Source of the DNA: Gemmatimonas sp.
GTDB taxonomy: Bacteria > Gemmatimonadota > Gemmatimonadetes > Gemmatimonadales > Gemmatimonadaceae
Assembly (NCBI GenBank): GCA_031414535.1
Contig: JANNVQ010000007.1
Coordinates: forward strand, 23,317-87,316
DNA length: 64,000 nt
Direction of reading: 5' to 3'
Shown: positions 62,150-64,000 of the stretch, in pieces
How positions within the stretch are numbered: position 1 is the first letter of the stretch
Layout: each line of letters starts with the position of its first letter
Notes under the pieces: generated by a model
The model's database searches: none
The model's input: only the letters and a program-made list of their open reading frames with translations
Told to the model about the DNA's origin: nothing
Made by a program: the position numbers and the translations under genes

Positions 62150-62193
62150 ATCACGTTCTGACAAGCATTTGCGCCAATTCCGGCGGTGAAGAA

Positions 62194-62388
62194 TCACGCC
62201 GGTCCGAGCGCCGTGGATGTCAGGGCACGTTCGACGAGCAGTACGGGGATTCCCTGCTCCACCGGATAGGCCAGGCCACAGGACGCGCAGCGCAACACGG
62301 GGGCTTGATTTGTGCCGGCATCGTCCAAGGCCCCGCGGCACCGGGGACAGGCCAATAGGACGCGAATCTCCGAGGGGATTCCCGTCAT
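62194..62388 (-). CDS. Trm112/YcaR-family small protein
   Basis: LLACPRCRGAL...LRCASCGLAYPVEQGIPVLLVERA. Confidence 0.9.
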   Translation of the reverse strand: MTGIPSEIRVLLACPRCRGALDDAGTNQAPVLRCASCGLAYPVEQGIPVLLVERALTSTALGPA

Positions 62389-63269
62389 CGCGATGACTCT
62401 TCTGGCATTCTGTATCCTAAACGAGCCAGTGCATGCACGTCCTTTCTCCAGTTCTTGAGTTCCTTCACCCGCAAGTCCAAAAAGACGCGACGACCCACCA
62501 AGGGTTCGATCCGAGCGCGCGCCGCCTGTCCGATGGACTTGATACGACTGCCGCCGGCCCCGACCACAATACCCTTTTGACTCTCGCGTTCAACGTAAAG
62601 GAACGCCCGAATGTATACGGGATCCTCGTCTTCCCGAAATTCCTCGATGCCGACGGCAATACCGTAGGGCACCTCATCGTCGAGTTGCTCGAGGACTGTT
62701 TCGCGAAGAAACTCACCCACGAAGAAGCGCATCTGCTGGGTTGACACATCGTCTGCGTCATACAGAAACGGATGCTCGGGAAGGCGTCCCCGCACCTCAG
62801 CGAGCAATTCATCCACACCGAGCCCCGTGGAGGCGGACACCCAACGTCCCTCGGGCGCGAGTGCCGTCAGCTCCTCCCGTCGCGCGACACTCACTTCGTC
62901 CAGCTTGTTGAACACCAAGATTACCGGCGCCTTGGGAGCTCGCGGAAGCTGAGCCAACTCAACGAGGTCTTCGGGCTTATCGCGGATGGCGTCCACGAGG
63001 TAGAGAATCACGTCCGCATCCTCGATGGCCTGGTGCGCACTATGCAGCATCGCTCGATGCAGCGCGTAGCGTGGTTCGAGGAGTCCCGGCGTATCGAGAA
63101 AGATGATCTGAGTCGTGTCGTCGCTCAGAATGCCCACGACACGTTCGCGCGTGGACTGTGGCTTGGGGCTGACGATGGCGAGTCGTTCGCCCACGAGTTT
63201 GTTGAGCAGCGTGCTTTTGCCGGCATTGGGTCGGCCGACGAGCGTGACGAATCCTGCCTGAGTGGTCAT
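62385..63269 (-). CDS. era: GTPase Era
   Basis: GRPNAGKSTLLN, KPQSTR, DTPG, NKLD, EVPY, SQKGIVVG.GG KH motif. Confidence 0.97.
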   Translation of the reverse strand: MTTQAGFVTLVGRPNAGKSTLLNKLVGERLAIVSPKPQSTRERVVGILSDDTTQIIFLDTPGLLEPRYALHRAMLHSAHQAIEDADVILYLVDAIRDKPEDLVELAQLPRAPKAPVILVFNKLDEVSVARREELTALAPEGRWVSASTGLGVDELLAEVRGRLPEHPFLYDADDVSTQQMRFFVGEFLRETVLEQLDDEVPYGIAVGIEEFREDEDPVYIRAFLYVERESQKGIVVGAGGSRIKSIGQAARARIEPLVGRRVFLDLRVKELKNWRKDVHALARLGYRMPEESSR

Positions 63270-63308
63270 CAAGAGAACGACGAGCGAGTGGAGAGAAAAC
63301 AACGGGTA

Positions 63309-63350
63309 GAAAACACGAAGGCCCCAGCCGAGTAAACGACTGGGGCCTTC
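63309..63350 (-). terminator. rRNA operon terminator hairpin
   Basis: GAAGGCCCCAG-N12-CTGGGGCCTTC followed by GTGTTTTC on the minus strand, immediately after 5S. Confidence 0.75.
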
Positions 63351-63358
63351 AATGAGGT

Positions 63359-63474
63359 GCCGGCGACGGCCTACTCTCCCGCGACCTCTCGGTCGGAGTA
63401 CCATCGGCGCTGTAGGGCTTAACGATCGTGTTCGGGATGGGAACGAGTGTGGCCCCTACGCTCTAGTCGCCAGC
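63359..63474 (-). rRNA. rrf: 5S rRNA
   Basis: Minus strand GCTGGCGAC...CCCATCCCGAAC...GTTAAG...CGCCGATGGTAC...GGGAGAGTAGG...GTCGCCGGC with paired termini. Confidence 0.96.
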
Positions 63475-63597
63475 GAAGTGGAGACAACGGAGGTGATGGT
63501 AGTGTTCGTGTATTGGCGAATCGCATGATTGTTAGATCGTGCGAAGCTCTGCGGTTGTATTCCTTCCCCAGTACTCTCTTGCGAGAAATATGGGGAG

Positions 63598-64000
<403 letters not shown>

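Noticed and set aside
62160..62178. Sigma54 promoter-like TGGCGC...TTG on the minus strand
   Set aside because: GG-N10-GC spacing is not satisfied.

Overview
High-GC bacterial chromosomal segment made almost entirely of core genes. Gene content and order (lpxC-fabZ fusion, bshC, mcsA-mcsB-clpC in a diderm, pyrG-kdsA-kdsC-kdsD-lptCAB-rpoN) suggest Gemmatimonadota; this is an inference. Positions 1-18016 are all on the + strand: pyrG, Kdo and LPS-transport genes, rpoN, a 7-gene surface-glycosylation cluster and dapF. Positions 18231-64000 are almost all on the - strand: tRNA-Arg, apt/pcm/surE/merR/gpsA/plsY/der/DUF512, an ArnT-like GT, larC, thrC, uvrC, murJ, bshC, rlmH, gdh, lipid A/BAM/Lol genes with mcsA-mcsB-clpC embedded, lysS, frameshifted prfB, a GGDEF + zinc-ribbon gene pair, era, 5S rRNA and the 3' end of 23S rRNA. 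The two blocks converge on an AT-rich 28-bp dif-like XerCD site at 18052-18079, so the window probably spans the replication terminus. No mobile element, CRISPR array or defence system is evident. The best candidate for an undescribed system is a REC-GGDEF cyclase coupled to a zinc-ribbon/Pro-rich linker protein whose C-terminal domain resembles Myxococcus RomX (part of the MglA GEF); that resemblance is recalled from memory, not searched. Other leads: LptB with a ~140-aa winged-helix-like N-terminal extension, a promoter-proximal terminator hairpin ahead of the der operon, a structured prfB leader, and Gln at +1 after all six predicted SPI signal peptides. All calls come from motif recognition only.
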